Assembly (NCBI GenBank): GCA_946622415.1
Contig: CAMOPX010000006.1
Span: forward strand, 3,693 to 67,692
Source of the DNA: an uncultured bacterium
Lineage (GTDB): Bacteria; Cyanobacteriota; Vampirovibrionia; Gastranaerophilales; Gastranaerophilaceae
DNA length: 64,000 nucleotides
Reading direction: 5' to 3'
This document shows positions 31,729 through 40,423 of the stretch, piece by piece. The stretch's first letter is position 1, and the number at the start of each line of letters is the position of its first letter. The notes under the pieces were generated by a model. It worked only from the letters and a program-made list of their open reading frames with translations, made no database searches and had not been told where the DNA came from. A program made the position numbers and the translations under genes.

Positions 31729-34119
31729 TTGGATTTTGATGAAATATATGAAAAAATAAAAACCGCTGCTACGTTGGAAATTAAATACCAATACATAAAT
31801 TTTGACGGAAGAAAAATGAATTTTTCAAAATTTATGATTAGTATATTAAAAGAAGTGTTAAATAAGATAAACAGAGTTGAAAAACCGGCAATAAACGAAC
31901 TTATTGTCTTGTTTGAAAGCTATCATCTTGATTCCGTCGGCAGCAGAAAATATACAATAGAAAAAACTCTTGAAGTTTTTGCAAGATTGAGAAAACTAAT
32001 CAAACCAAAAAACCAAAGAACCGAAAAAGAAAAAACGGAATTTAAAGAAGAAATTGAAGATATAGATGTCAGTTTTGTTAAAGGTGTCGGGCCTGTTGTT
32101 GCAAAATTATTCAATAAAATCGGCATTTTTAAAGTAAAAGATTTAATCGAATATTATCCGAAAAAATATATAGAATACAGTTTCCAAAACAAAATTAAGG
32201 ATTTAAAACTTGGCGAACAGGTTACAATATTCGGAAATATTTATAAAGTAACTCATTTTACAACAAGAAGCAAATTAACTGTTCTAACCGTCACGATAAA
32301 AGATTCAACGGGGTTTTTGCCCATTAATTTCTTTATCAAGACAACAAACAGAAAATTAATTGAACATTATAAAAAAGAATACCCGCTCAATTCTTTTGTT
32401 ATGGTAATCGGTAAAGTAAAATTTGATGATTATAATTCAAGAATTACTTTAGACAAAGCACAAATCCAAGTAATAGGAACAAATACGGATGTTGAATTAA
32501 GTAAAAATACTATTGTTCCGGTTTATTCTCTTTGTGAAGGATTAAGCCCCAAAACCCTCACAAATGCAATTAATAATGCTATATCAAAATTTCATGATAA
32601 AATATATGACCCCATTCCTGCTCCGATTTTAAATAAATTAAAATATACAGGAAAAAAATCTGCAATTTCTCTTATCCATAATCCAAACTCAATGGAAGAA
32701 GTACAAATGGCAAGAAGCAGGCTTGTTTTTGAAGAATTTTTTTCAATGCAATTGAATCTTGCAATATTAAGAAACGAGGTTTCAAAAAGTGATTCCATTA
32801 AACTCGAAATTAAAAAAGGCGGTTTAGCGGATAAATTTATTAACGGATTACCGTTTAAATTAACCTCTGCACAAAATAGAGCCCTGGCTGAAATTTTTAA
32901 AGATTTAAATTCCACAACACCTATGCAAAGGCTTCTTCAGGGCGATGTAGGTTCCGGCAAAACCGTTGTTGCGTGTGCCATGCTTCTTTGTGCAATAGAA
33001 AACGGCTATCAGGGTGCAATTATGGCGCCAACAGAAATTCTTGCATCTCAACATTTTAAAAATTTTTCCGCTTGGCTCACACCTTTAGGGATTAGTGTCG
33101 GATTATTTACGGGCAAAAACAGCACAAAGCTTAAAAAAGAACTGTGCGCTAATCTTAAAAACGGTCAAATCCACGTTGCCGTCGGAACCCACGCTTTAAT
33201 TCAAGAGGGAATCGAGTTTAATAATTTAGGCGCAATAGTAATAGATGAACAACACAGATTCGGTGTAAAACAAAGAAATGCACTGTTAAACAAAGGCAAA
33301 ATGCCTCAAATGCTCAATATGACAGCAACTCCTATTCCAAGAACTCTCGCTTTGACTCTCCATGGGGATTTAGAGGTTTCTGTTATAGATGAATTGCCTG
33401 CAAACAGAAAGCCGATTATAACTACATTAGGCTCTAATTTGGAAAGAAAAAAAGCCTATGAGCTTATAAAACGTGAAATATTTTTTAAACATCAAGCCTA
33501 TATTGTATATCCTTTGATAGAAGAATCGGAAACACTATCCGCAAAAGCTGCAACAAAAGAAGCTCAAAAATTACAGGAAGGCGAATTTTCACAATACAAA
33601 ATAGGGCTTCTTCACGGAAAAATGACCTCTGACGAAAAAGAAAAAGTTATGGAGGATTTTAAAAACCAAAAATTTGATATTCTTGTTTCAACAACCGTTG
33701 TTGAAGTAGGGGTAGATAACCCGAATGCTACCGTAATTGTAATAGAAAATGCGGAACGCTTTGGTTTGTCGCAGCTTCATCAATTAAGAGGAAGAGTCGG
33801 AAGAAGCGAGCTTCAATCATATTGTGCTCTGATTACACAGAGTGCAAGCGCGGAAGTTAGAAACAAATTAAATATAATGACAAAAACAAATAACGGCTTT
33901 ATAATTTCTCAAAAAGACCTTGAATTAAGAGGTCCGGGGGAATTTTTGGGTACAAGACAGTCGGGACTTCCTGATTTTAAAATCGGTGATATTGTAGAAG
34001 ATGCCGAAATATTGGAGCTTGCAAGAAAAGAGGCGATTGAATTTATTTCAAACAATAATATAGAAGATTACCCTCTGTTGAAAAAAGAAGCCGAAAGTTA
34101 TAATCTTTTTAGAGGTTAA
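31729..34119 (+). CDS. recG: ATP-dependent DNA helicase RecG
   Basis: 796 aa. Has GVGPVVAKLF..GI..V.DL..YYP, a wedge/OB region, helicase motifs GDVGSGKT, DEQHRFG and QLHQLRGRVGR, and the TRG motif. The start is uncertain (TTG at 31729, or ATG at 31816 with GGAAG upstream). About 110 aa precede the usual RecG N-terminus. Confidence 0.9.
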   Translation: MDFDEIYEKIKTAATLEIKYQYINFDGRKMNFSKFMISILKEVLNKINRVEKPAINELIVLFESYHLDSVGSRKYTIEKTLEVFARLRKLIKPKNQRTEKEKTEFKEEIEDIDVSFVKGVGPVVAKLFNKIGIFKVKDLIEYYPKKYIEYSFQNKIKDLKLGEQVTIFGNIYKVTHFTTRSKLTVLTVTIKDSTGFLPINFFIKTTNRKLIEHYKKEYPLNSFVMVIGKVKFDDYNSRITLDKAQIQVIGTNTDVELSKNTIVPVYSLCEGLSPKTLTNAINNAISKFHDKIYDPIPAPILNKLKYTGKKSAISLIHNPNSMEEVQMARSRLVFEEFFSMQLNLAILRNEVSKSDSIKLEIKKGGLADKFINGLPFKLTSAQNRALAEIFKDLNSTTPMQRLLQGDVGSGKTVVACAMLLCAIENGYQGAIMAPTEILASQHFKNFSAWLTPLGISVGLFTGKNSTKLKKELCANLKNGQIHVAVGTHALIQEGIEFNNLGAIVIDEQHRFGVKQRNALLNKGKMPQMLNMTATPIPRTLALTLHGDLEVSVIDELPANRKPIITTLGSNLERKKAYELIKREIFFKHQAYIVYPLIEESETLSAKAATKEAQKLQEGEFSQYKIGLLHGKMTSDEKEKVMEDFKNQKFDILVSTTVVEVGVDNPNATVIVIENAERFGLSQLHQLRGRVGRSELQSYCALITQSASAEVRNKLNIMTKTNNGFIISQKDLELRGPGEFLGTRQSGLPDFKIGDIVEDAEILELARKEAIEFISNNNIEDYPLLKKEAESYNLFRG

Positions 34120-34185
34120 TTATTTTTTAGCAATTTTTTTACTATTTTGTTTTTATAAAACAGTAAAGTTTAAAAAAAGGAAAAA

Positions 34186-34857
34186 ATGATGCAAGAACTC
34201 AAAATTGGTCCGAATACCGGACACATAATCAAAAGAGCTGTTAACTGTAAGACTCTCGGGACTTTAGGACGAGAAGAAGATGCAGCGCAAGTTTTGATGG
34301 AAAATCCGATAAAACCGTATGTTGATACAAGAACTTTGGGTCAAAAGTTTTTATTTTATTCAAAAGAAAATCTTGCAAGTGTTAAAAAAGCAACAGAAGG
34401 TAAAAAACCGGAAGAAATACTTGAACTTATAGGGATAAAAACATCTACGCTTCCTGACGGAAGTAAATCCATCAGTGCTTTTCATGCACCAACACAATGG
34501 TGCACTTTTAAAACTCTCGGAATAAACGAAGAACAATTACTTGCAGATGTCAAAGTTATAAAAGGCAGTTGTGATTTAACAGGCAGCTATTTAAAAAATT
34601 TATCCGGTGTTGAACGTATTGACGGAACTCTGATTATACCTATTTTTTCAAAACTTGAAGATTTGAGTTCACTGAAACAAGTAAACTTTATTTCTTGCGA
34701 CGCAGCAGATTCAAAAACCGTACAAGATACATTGTCAAAATTATCACTCAATTGTATAACTTTTGGAATAAACCGCGTTTTTAACCCTGGATTTAAAAAA
34801 TTGCCCTTTCAGGATACTCTAAAATCTTTCATGGCATCAGGTTTATATAAGTCTTAA
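34186..34857 (+). CDS. Hypothetical protein (223 aa), C-terminal half weakly leucine-rich-repeat-like
   Basis: Good SD (aaaggaaaaa). No recognised catalytic motif. The stop overlaps the radA stop through TTAA. Confidence 0.4.
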   Translation: MMQELKIGPNTGHIIKRAVNCKTLGTLGREEDAAQVLMENPIKPYVDTRTLGQKFLFYSKENLASVKKATEGKKPEEILELIGIKTSTLPDGSKSISAFHAPTQWCTFKTLGINEEQLLADVKVIKGSCDLTGSYLKNLSGVERIDGTLIIPIFSKLEDLSSLKQVNFISCDAADSKTVQDTLSKLSLNCITFGINRVFNPGFKKLPFQDTLKSFMASGLYKS

Positions 34858-36251
34858 TCCTGTTTTAAACCTTGTATTATAGCTTCTGTTATCTTATTTA
34901 CCTGTTTTATTTCCATACCTAGTTTTGAAATTTTAGAATATATTTTATCGGAAACCTTAGGAATAATTGCCCTTGTAAAACCTAATTTTTGAGCTTCTTT
35001 TAATCTGCGCTCGATGTTATCAACATATCTTATTTCGCCTAAAAGTCCGAGTTCACCTATTATTATTGTTGTATTCTTAATTGGTATATCTCTGATTGAG
35101 CTTATTATTGCAAGCGCAAGCGCAAGGTCATAGCTCGGCTCAATTATATCTATGCCGCCTGCAACATTAACATATACGTCCTGTTTTGATAAATTTAAAC
35201 CGACTTTCTTTTCTAAAACCGCAAGAATCTGCAATAACCTGCTATAATCCAATCCGACCGCGACACGTCTCGGATTTGTGTAGTTGGTTGAGCCGACAAG
35301 AGCCTGAATCTCATGGAGAAAAATCCTGCTTCCTTCTAATGTTGCAACAACGGCAGACCCAGAAGCATCAGTATTTTGTTCAAGAAGCATTTGGGAAGGA
35401 GAATTAACCTCGATTAAGCCATCATCCTCCATTTTAAATACACCGACTTCCGAAATTGCGCCGAAACGATTTTTAATACATCTTAAAATTCTATACTGTT
35501 TATATTTATCGCCTTCAAAATTAATAACACAATCCACCATATGTTCAAGCACCTTTGGACCTGCGATATTGCCTTCTTTTGTAACATGCCCGATAACAAC
35601 CGTTGTTATATTTTTTTGTTTAGCTATTCGCATAATTACGTTCGTGCATTCTCTGATTTGAGAAACAGACCCCGAGGAAGATGCTATATTTGCACAATAC
35701 ACGCTTTGAATACTATCTACAATTAAAAAATCAGGCTTTATTGAATCGATTTGGTTAATAACTTCATCAATACAGGTTTCATTGGTTAAGTACAATGTTT
35801 CGGGTTCAATATTTAGTCTTTTTGCTCTCAATTTTACCTGTGTCGGGGATTCTTCAGCACAAACATAAAGAATCTTGAGTTTCTCATCATTAAAGCTTAT
35901 ATTGCAGATATTCTTGGTCGTTTGCAAAACGAGGGTAGATTTTCCAATCCCCGGATCCCCAGCAAGTAATGTCAATGAACCCTGAACAAATCCGCCTCCG
36001 AGGACTCTGTCGAGTTCTTCTATTCCTGTTTTAAATCTTGTTTTTTCATCCAGTTTTATTTCTTTAATTTTAGATATCTGTCCGCCTTCCGATATTAAAA
36101 CAGAAGGTTTTGCGGATTCATTTTTTTTAACAACAGAAGTAACTTCTTCAACAAAAGTTCCGAATTGATTACATTCGGGACATCTTCCCAAATATGCCGC
36201 CGTTTCGTAACCGCAATTTTGACAAACCCATTTTGATTTAATTTTAGCCAT
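34854..36251 (-). CDS. radA: DNA repair protein RadA/Sms
   Basis: 465 aa. Has the N-terminal zinc ribbon CQNCGY...CPEC, the Walker A motif GDPGIGKST, KNRFG, and a Lon-like C-terminal domain. Confidence 0.95.
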   Translation of the reverse strand: MAKIKSKWVCQNCGYETAAYLGRCPECNQFGTFVEEVTSVVKKNESAKPSVLISEGGQISKIKEIKLDEKTRFKTGIEELDRVLGGGFVQGSLTLLAGDPGIGKSTLVLQTTKNICNISFNDEKLKILYVCAEESPTQVKLRAKRLNIEPETLYLTNETCIDEVINQIDSIKPDFLIVDSIQSVYCANIASSSGSVSQIRECTNVIMRIAKQKNITTVVIGHVTKEGNIAGPKVLEHMVDCVINFEGDKYKQYRILRCIKNRFGAISEVGVFKMEDDGLIEVNSPSQMLLEQNTDASGSAVVATLEGSRIFLHEIQALVGSTNYTNPRRVAVGLDYSRLLQILAVLEKKVGLNLSKQDVYVNVAGGIDIIEPSYDLALALAIISSIRDIPIKNTTIIIGELGLLGEIRYVDNIERRLKEAQKLGFTRAIIPKVSDKIYSKISKLGMEIKQVNKITEAIIQGLKQD

Positions 36252-36266
36252 AAAAAAATTTTATCA
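36252..36266 (-). promoter_or_regulatory. Extended -10 element placed for a leaderless radA transcript
   Basis: The minus strand reads TGaTAAAAT + tttttt (6 nt) + ATG. Confidence 0.45.
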
Positions 36267-36403
36267 CGAGTTTGCGGAAAAATTATCATTTTTCGACGTT
36301 TCCTGTATCCTTTTTTAATTTTTGTAACAATATACATTTTTTATAGTTCAAAAAAAATATTTACAATCGTTGTAATCAAAAAACCATTAAAAAAGGAAAT
36401 ATA

Positions 36404-39400
36404 ATGAGAGTAGATTCGCCATCATTCAATTTGTTGAATAATCAACAAAACGTTGCATTTTCAAAATTAAGAAAAGAAAAACCAAGAACCACAGAACAAA
36501 AACAACAAAGACCACAAAATTATAAGCCTATAGGACTGCCTTCTGTTTTTTCCATTCCTGCAGCAATTGCTTCAACTTTAGAAATAAACGGTTTTAAAAA
36601 AATATTCACACAAGAAGCGGAAACAACGTACAATAATGCGGTAAAATTGGCCCGCAGGTACAAATCACCAACAGTTGAAGCAAGACATTTGTGGCTTTCT
36701 TCTCTATTGGAAATGGAAAAATATTTAGAAGAAATTAATGACGGTACAGCAAAATTTGACGATTATACACGTCAAAAATTTACTCAAATGATTGCAACCA
36801 GTGTTGTTAACGGTCATACTTTGGATTTAAACGAAGATGAAACAAGAGAAAAACTCCAAGGAGTAGTTAAAAAACATATTGAAGTCGTGAAAAGTGATTT
36901 TGAAAAAGAAGCACTTTCAAGACCTGCTTTTTCTTCTATTCCCGTACCCTCAAAAAGTTTATTAAAACAATTAAATGAAGTATACAACTTAATGTATCAA
37001 AATTCTAACTTTGAAACATTTTATGATAGTTACTATTATCTTATGGCTGCAAACTCTCGAGATAAAAAATTAAAAGAATATTTTGAAGATTTTATGTTTG
37101 ATACCCAAAATGCAATTATGGTAGAAGATAAATCAAAAGAAAGTAAATTTCACTTGAGTTTCTTTGATGAAAAAGCCAACACCCTGTGGGAATCAGTTGA
37201 TATGGGTAATGATACAATTGTTCTTTGCGATAGCGAAAATAAATCAGCAGCAGGCTATTTAAAAAGCAGTTTTGAAAATCTTATCAAAAAACCTAATGCA
37301 AAATATAGAAGTATAAATAAAGATAATGTAGAAATTATAAACTTGAATAATTTTGCCAATCTGGATTTTCTTTCGGATCTTATGGCAGAAATAAACAAAA
37401 AGAGTAAAAAAACAGGAAAAACCACTGTTATTGTCGGCAATATTATGTCAATAATGGGAGGCAACAGTATAGGTCAGCAAGACGAAAACAGCTTTGTTGT
37501 TGATACAAAAAAGATAATGGCTCTTGCAAATAAAGACTCAAAGGGCAACAAAAATCCTAATATAAGATTTATATTCACGATGGATCCTTCTTCTTATTAT
37601 GGAAATCTGCAAGGAGGTATTCTGACGGACATAATAAAAGAATACGCTGTTCAAACCCTGCCTGCAATCACAGCCGAAGATGCAAGAAAATATTTAACGG
37701 ATGAAAAGGGCGTAAGCTACATAAAAAATGAATTAGGTAAAGATATCGACGTAAAAACAATAAAAAAGGCTATTTATCTGACAAATGACGATAAAGGAAA
37801 TTATCCCGATAAAGTATTGGATTTGTTAAAGAGAGTTTCAATGTATTTTGTTGACAGTGATTCTATTACAACAGAACAGTTGGATAAATATATCAGGCAA
37901 ATAGAAAGTCTGTCCGAAGCAAGTGATAGCGAAGAAGAAATAAATATTACATACAACACGGGAAAAACCTTAAATGATATTGTGGGTTCTCAAATGACAA
38001 AAGAAGCCGCAAAATCGGTAGTAGATGAAATTAAAAACTGTCCAAAAACAAAGGGGTATTTAATATATCAATCAAACTATACAAGTGACGGCGGCGGAAG
38101 AAGAAACACTGCAGAAGCAATAGCAGGGGAATTAAAAATTCCTATGATTACAATTGATGCTAAGGAATTTTTAATGAAGGATTTATCTGCCCTGTATCAA
38201 AATCCGAATTTTGCTGAATTAAAGATAAAAACCCTGATTACAAAAGCAAAAGCCCAAGCAAGAACTAATCAATATAAAACCGCTATGCTGTATATAGAAA
38301 ATTTTGATAATTTTGCAACCGACCCATATAAAGGCTATAGCGTAGATAGTTATGAACAAAAAGCCTTTTCGCAATTGCTTTTGGAAATGGGAAAAGCAAG
38401 AAAAGAAGATGGCGCAAATCTCGTTGTAATGGGTTCTGTTAATAACAGGGGTGTAATTGATGATAATATCAGAAAACCCGGCAAATTCATGGATGAAATC
38501 GTTGTATATCCGCCTATGGATGATAACGAGATAAAAGATATCATAAAATACTATGTTAAAAAAATGAAGCTTAATATAGAAGGTGATAAACAAAAGCAGA
38601 ATGAAATTATAGAACATACAGCAATAACAGCAGATGGCTTTAGCGTTGTTGATATTATGTATTTATTGGAAACAGCAAGAAGTGTTTCATTAGAGCGAAA
38701 CAAAAAAGCAATAGATAAAGCCGATATGACAGAGGCATATTTAAGAACTATATATGGAAGAACAAATAAATACAAAACCTCGGACCACAGCAAAAAAATA
38801 GTAACATCCCATGAAGCAGGACACGCTTTGACGCTTCAAATTATGTATAATGTTGCGGCAAAACAAAGCGATATGCCATGGAAATTACCCGATAAAGTAG
38901 ATTTTATAACATTAGACCCCAGAGGATATTATGGCGGCGCTATGTTCCACAAAGACGGCGAAAACAAAGAAAACACATTTGAAAAAATAATGGCTGATTT
39001 GGTTTGCAGCTATGGCGGCCATTCGGCAGAAAAAATACTCTACGATTATTCCGGTTCTTATGGCATAACAAGCGACATGGAAAAAGCAAGATATTTAGCA
39101 GAAGCTGCAGTTACCGATATGGGTATGGGCGCAAAAACAGGTGTTCGTCATATAAAAAGAAATTATTTTGGCGAACTTGATGTTTCCGGCAAACAGAAAG
39201 AAATAATTGAAGAAGATGAAGAAGCCATTTTATCTGCGGCAGAAAAAATTTCTAATAAAATTCTTGAAGAATACAAAGATTTTATTGAACAGTTTACACA
39301 AAAATATTGGCAAAGAGTCGGAAGCGGTGAGTGTATTATTACATCGGATGAATTTAATCAAGATTTACAAGATTGGCTCAGCAAACAAACAAGAGACAAA

Positions 39401-39484
39401 AGATACAATTTAGAAGCACTGGAAGATAAAATTGCCAAGTGTATTAATGATGTTAAACACGGCAAAGACTTCCATCTGCAATAA
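36404..39484 (+). CDS. Clp-N-like / degenerate Clp-D1 AAA+ / degenerate FtsH AAA+ / M41 zinc-protease chimera
   Basis: 1026 aa, SD aaggaaa. Colinear with ClpB D1 (aa ~268-480) and FtsH (aa ~520-1000). The Walker A/B and Arg-finger boxes are replaced, while HEAGH (38810-38824) is retained. Confidence 0.6.
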   Translation: MRVDSPSFNLLNNQQNVAFSKLRKEKPRTTEQKQQRPQNYKPIGLPSVFSIPAAIASTLEINGFKKIFTQEAETTYNNAVKLARRYKSPTVEARHLWLSSLLEMEKYLEEINDGTAKFDDYTRQKFTQMIATSVVNGHTLDLNEDETREKLQGVVKKHIEVVKSDFEKEALSRPAFSSIPVPSKSLLKQLNEVYNLMYQNSNFETFYDSYYYLMAANSRDKKLKEYFEDFMFDTQNAIMVEDKSKESKFHLSFFDEKANTLWESVDMGNDTIVLCDSENKSAAGYLKSSFENLIKKPNAKYRSINKDNVEIINLNNFANLDFLSDLMAEINKKSKKTGKTTVIVGNIMSIMGGNSIGQQDENSFVVDTKKIMALANKDSKGNKNPNIRFIFTMDPSSYYGNLQGGILTDIIKEYAVQTLPAITAEDARKYLTDEKGVSYIKNELGKDIDVKTIKKAIYLTNDDKGNYPDKVLDLLKRVSMYFVDSDSITTEQLDKYIRQIESLSEASDSEEEINITYNTGKTLNDIVGSQMTKEAAKSVVDEIKNCPKTKGYLIYQSNYTSDGGGRRNTAEAIAGELKIPMITIDAKEFLMKDLSALYQNPNFAELKIKTLITKAKAQARTNQYKTAMLYIENFDNFATDPYKGYSVDSYEQKAFSQLLLEMGKARKEDGANLVVMGSVNNRGVIDDNIRKPGKFMDEIVVYPPMDDNEIKDIIKYYVKKMKLNIEGDKQKQNEIIEHTAITADGFSVVDIMYLLETARSVSLERNKKAIDKADMTEAYLRTIYGRTNKYKTSDHSKKIVTSHEAGHALTLQIMYNVAAKQSDMPWKLPDKVDFITLDPRGYYGGAMFHKDGENKENTFEKIMADLVCSYGGHSAEKILYDYSGSYGITSDMEKARYLAEAAVTDMGMGAKTGVRHIKRNYFGELDVSGKQKEIIEEDEEAILSAAEKISNKILEEYKDFIEQFTQKYWQRVGSGECIITSDEFNQDLQDWLSKQTRDKRYNLEALEDKIAKCINDVKHGKDFHLQ

Positions 39485-39502
39485 TAAATAAAAAATATTA
39501 GC

Positions 39503-39535
39503 AAAAAAGACGGATTATAAAAATCCGTCTTTTTA
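39503..39535 (+). terminator. Rho-independent terminator
   Basis: agacggat (39508-39515) pairs with atccgtct (39523-39530), followed by a T-run. Confidence 0.75.
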
Positions 39536-39556
39536 TTATGCAAAAAATTTTGTTTT

Positions 39557-39571
39557 TGTTATGATTTATTT
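39557..39571 (+). promoter_or_regulatory. Extended -10 element placed for a leaderless birA-oad transcript
   Basis: TGtTATGAT + ttattt (6 nt) + ATG at 39572. Confidence 0.45.
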
Positions 39572-40147
39572 ATGCATAATATTATTCATTTTGAGGAGCT
39601 TAATTCAACCAGTGTGTATTCGCACGAACATCTATCGGAATTAAAGAATTTTGATATAGTTTCATGTGATATACAAAATTCAGGACATGGGCAATTCAAT
39701 CGTATTTGGTTTTCATCAAACAAAAACGGTGGAAATGTTTATATTTCAATAATATTAAAACCTGATAACATTACTCATCTTAATGAATTAACAAGATATG
39801 TTGCTTCTATCGGTGCCGAAACATTAAAAGAATATTCTCTTAAACCGACATTTAAATACCCGAATGATATTTTAATCGAAGGTAAAAAGATAGCAGGCTT
39901 TTTAGCTGAAAGTGAATTTATAGGGCAAAAATTAAAAGGCGTTATTGTAGGGTGCGGAATAAATTTAAATTTAGACGAAAATGAATTAAAAAATATTGAT
40001 ATTCCCGCAACCTCAGTATTCAATGAAACAAAAACACCGATTAATAAAGATGAATTTATAAACAAATTTTTAGATAATTTTAAAAACAATTATGAAGATT
40101 TTTTAGTTAACGGAATAAAAGGAGAAATACTATGTGCCAAGAAATAA
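39572..40147 (+). CDS. birA: Biotin--protein ligase, catalytic domain only (group I, short)
   Basis: 191 aa. Has KYPNDILIEGKKIAGFLAE (the KWPND..GKK..GIL.E box). The biotin loop is GHGQFNRIW rather than GRGRxGRxW. There is no HTH and no C-terminal cap domain. Confidence 0.75.
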   Translation: MHNIIHFEELNSTSVYSHEHLSELKNFDIVSCDIQNSGHGQFNRIWFSSNKNGGNVYISIILKPDNITHLNELTRYVASIGAETLKEYSLKPTFKYPNDILIEGKKIAGFLAESEFIGQKLKGVIVGCGINLNLDENELKNIDIPATSVFNETKTPINKDEFINKFLDNFKNNYEDFLVNGIKGEILCAKK

Positions 40148-40389
40148 TGCAAAACATTATTCAAAGCTCAACGGAAGGCGCTGTAGTTATGGTAGTTGGA
40201 ATGGGAATTGTGTTTTCTTTTTTAACAATTCTTGTTTTTGCAATTATGATTATGGCTCGCTGCGTCGCTTGTATTGAAAAAATTTGGCCATCACCCGTTG
40301 AAGAAGTTAAAACTTCAACCAAAAACAAAAAAACAACGGATGATACCGAAGTTGCAATTGCGATTGCCGTTGCAAACGCAGCTTTATAA
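40132..40389 (+). CDS. oadG: Oxaloacetate decarboxylase gamma subunit
   Basis: 85 aa with a single N-terminal TM segment (VVMVVGMGIVFSFLTILVFAIMIM) and a polar tail. Located immediately upstream of oadA. Confidence 0.7.
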   Translation: MCQEIMQNIIQSSTEGAVVMVVGMGIVFSFLTILVFAIMIMARCVACIEKIWPSPVEEVKTSTKNKKTTDDTEVAIAIAVANAAL

Positions 40390-40423
40390 TTAATTGATAC
40401 TATTTTACGAAGAGGAAATAAAA

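Noticed and set aside
40394-40423. Upstream TTG start for oadA (MILFYEEEIK...).
   Set aside because: The ATG at 40424 has a well-spaced SD (gaggaaa), and the conserved protein begins at MTKKQIKVMDTSFRDG. The extension lies across the oadG stop region.
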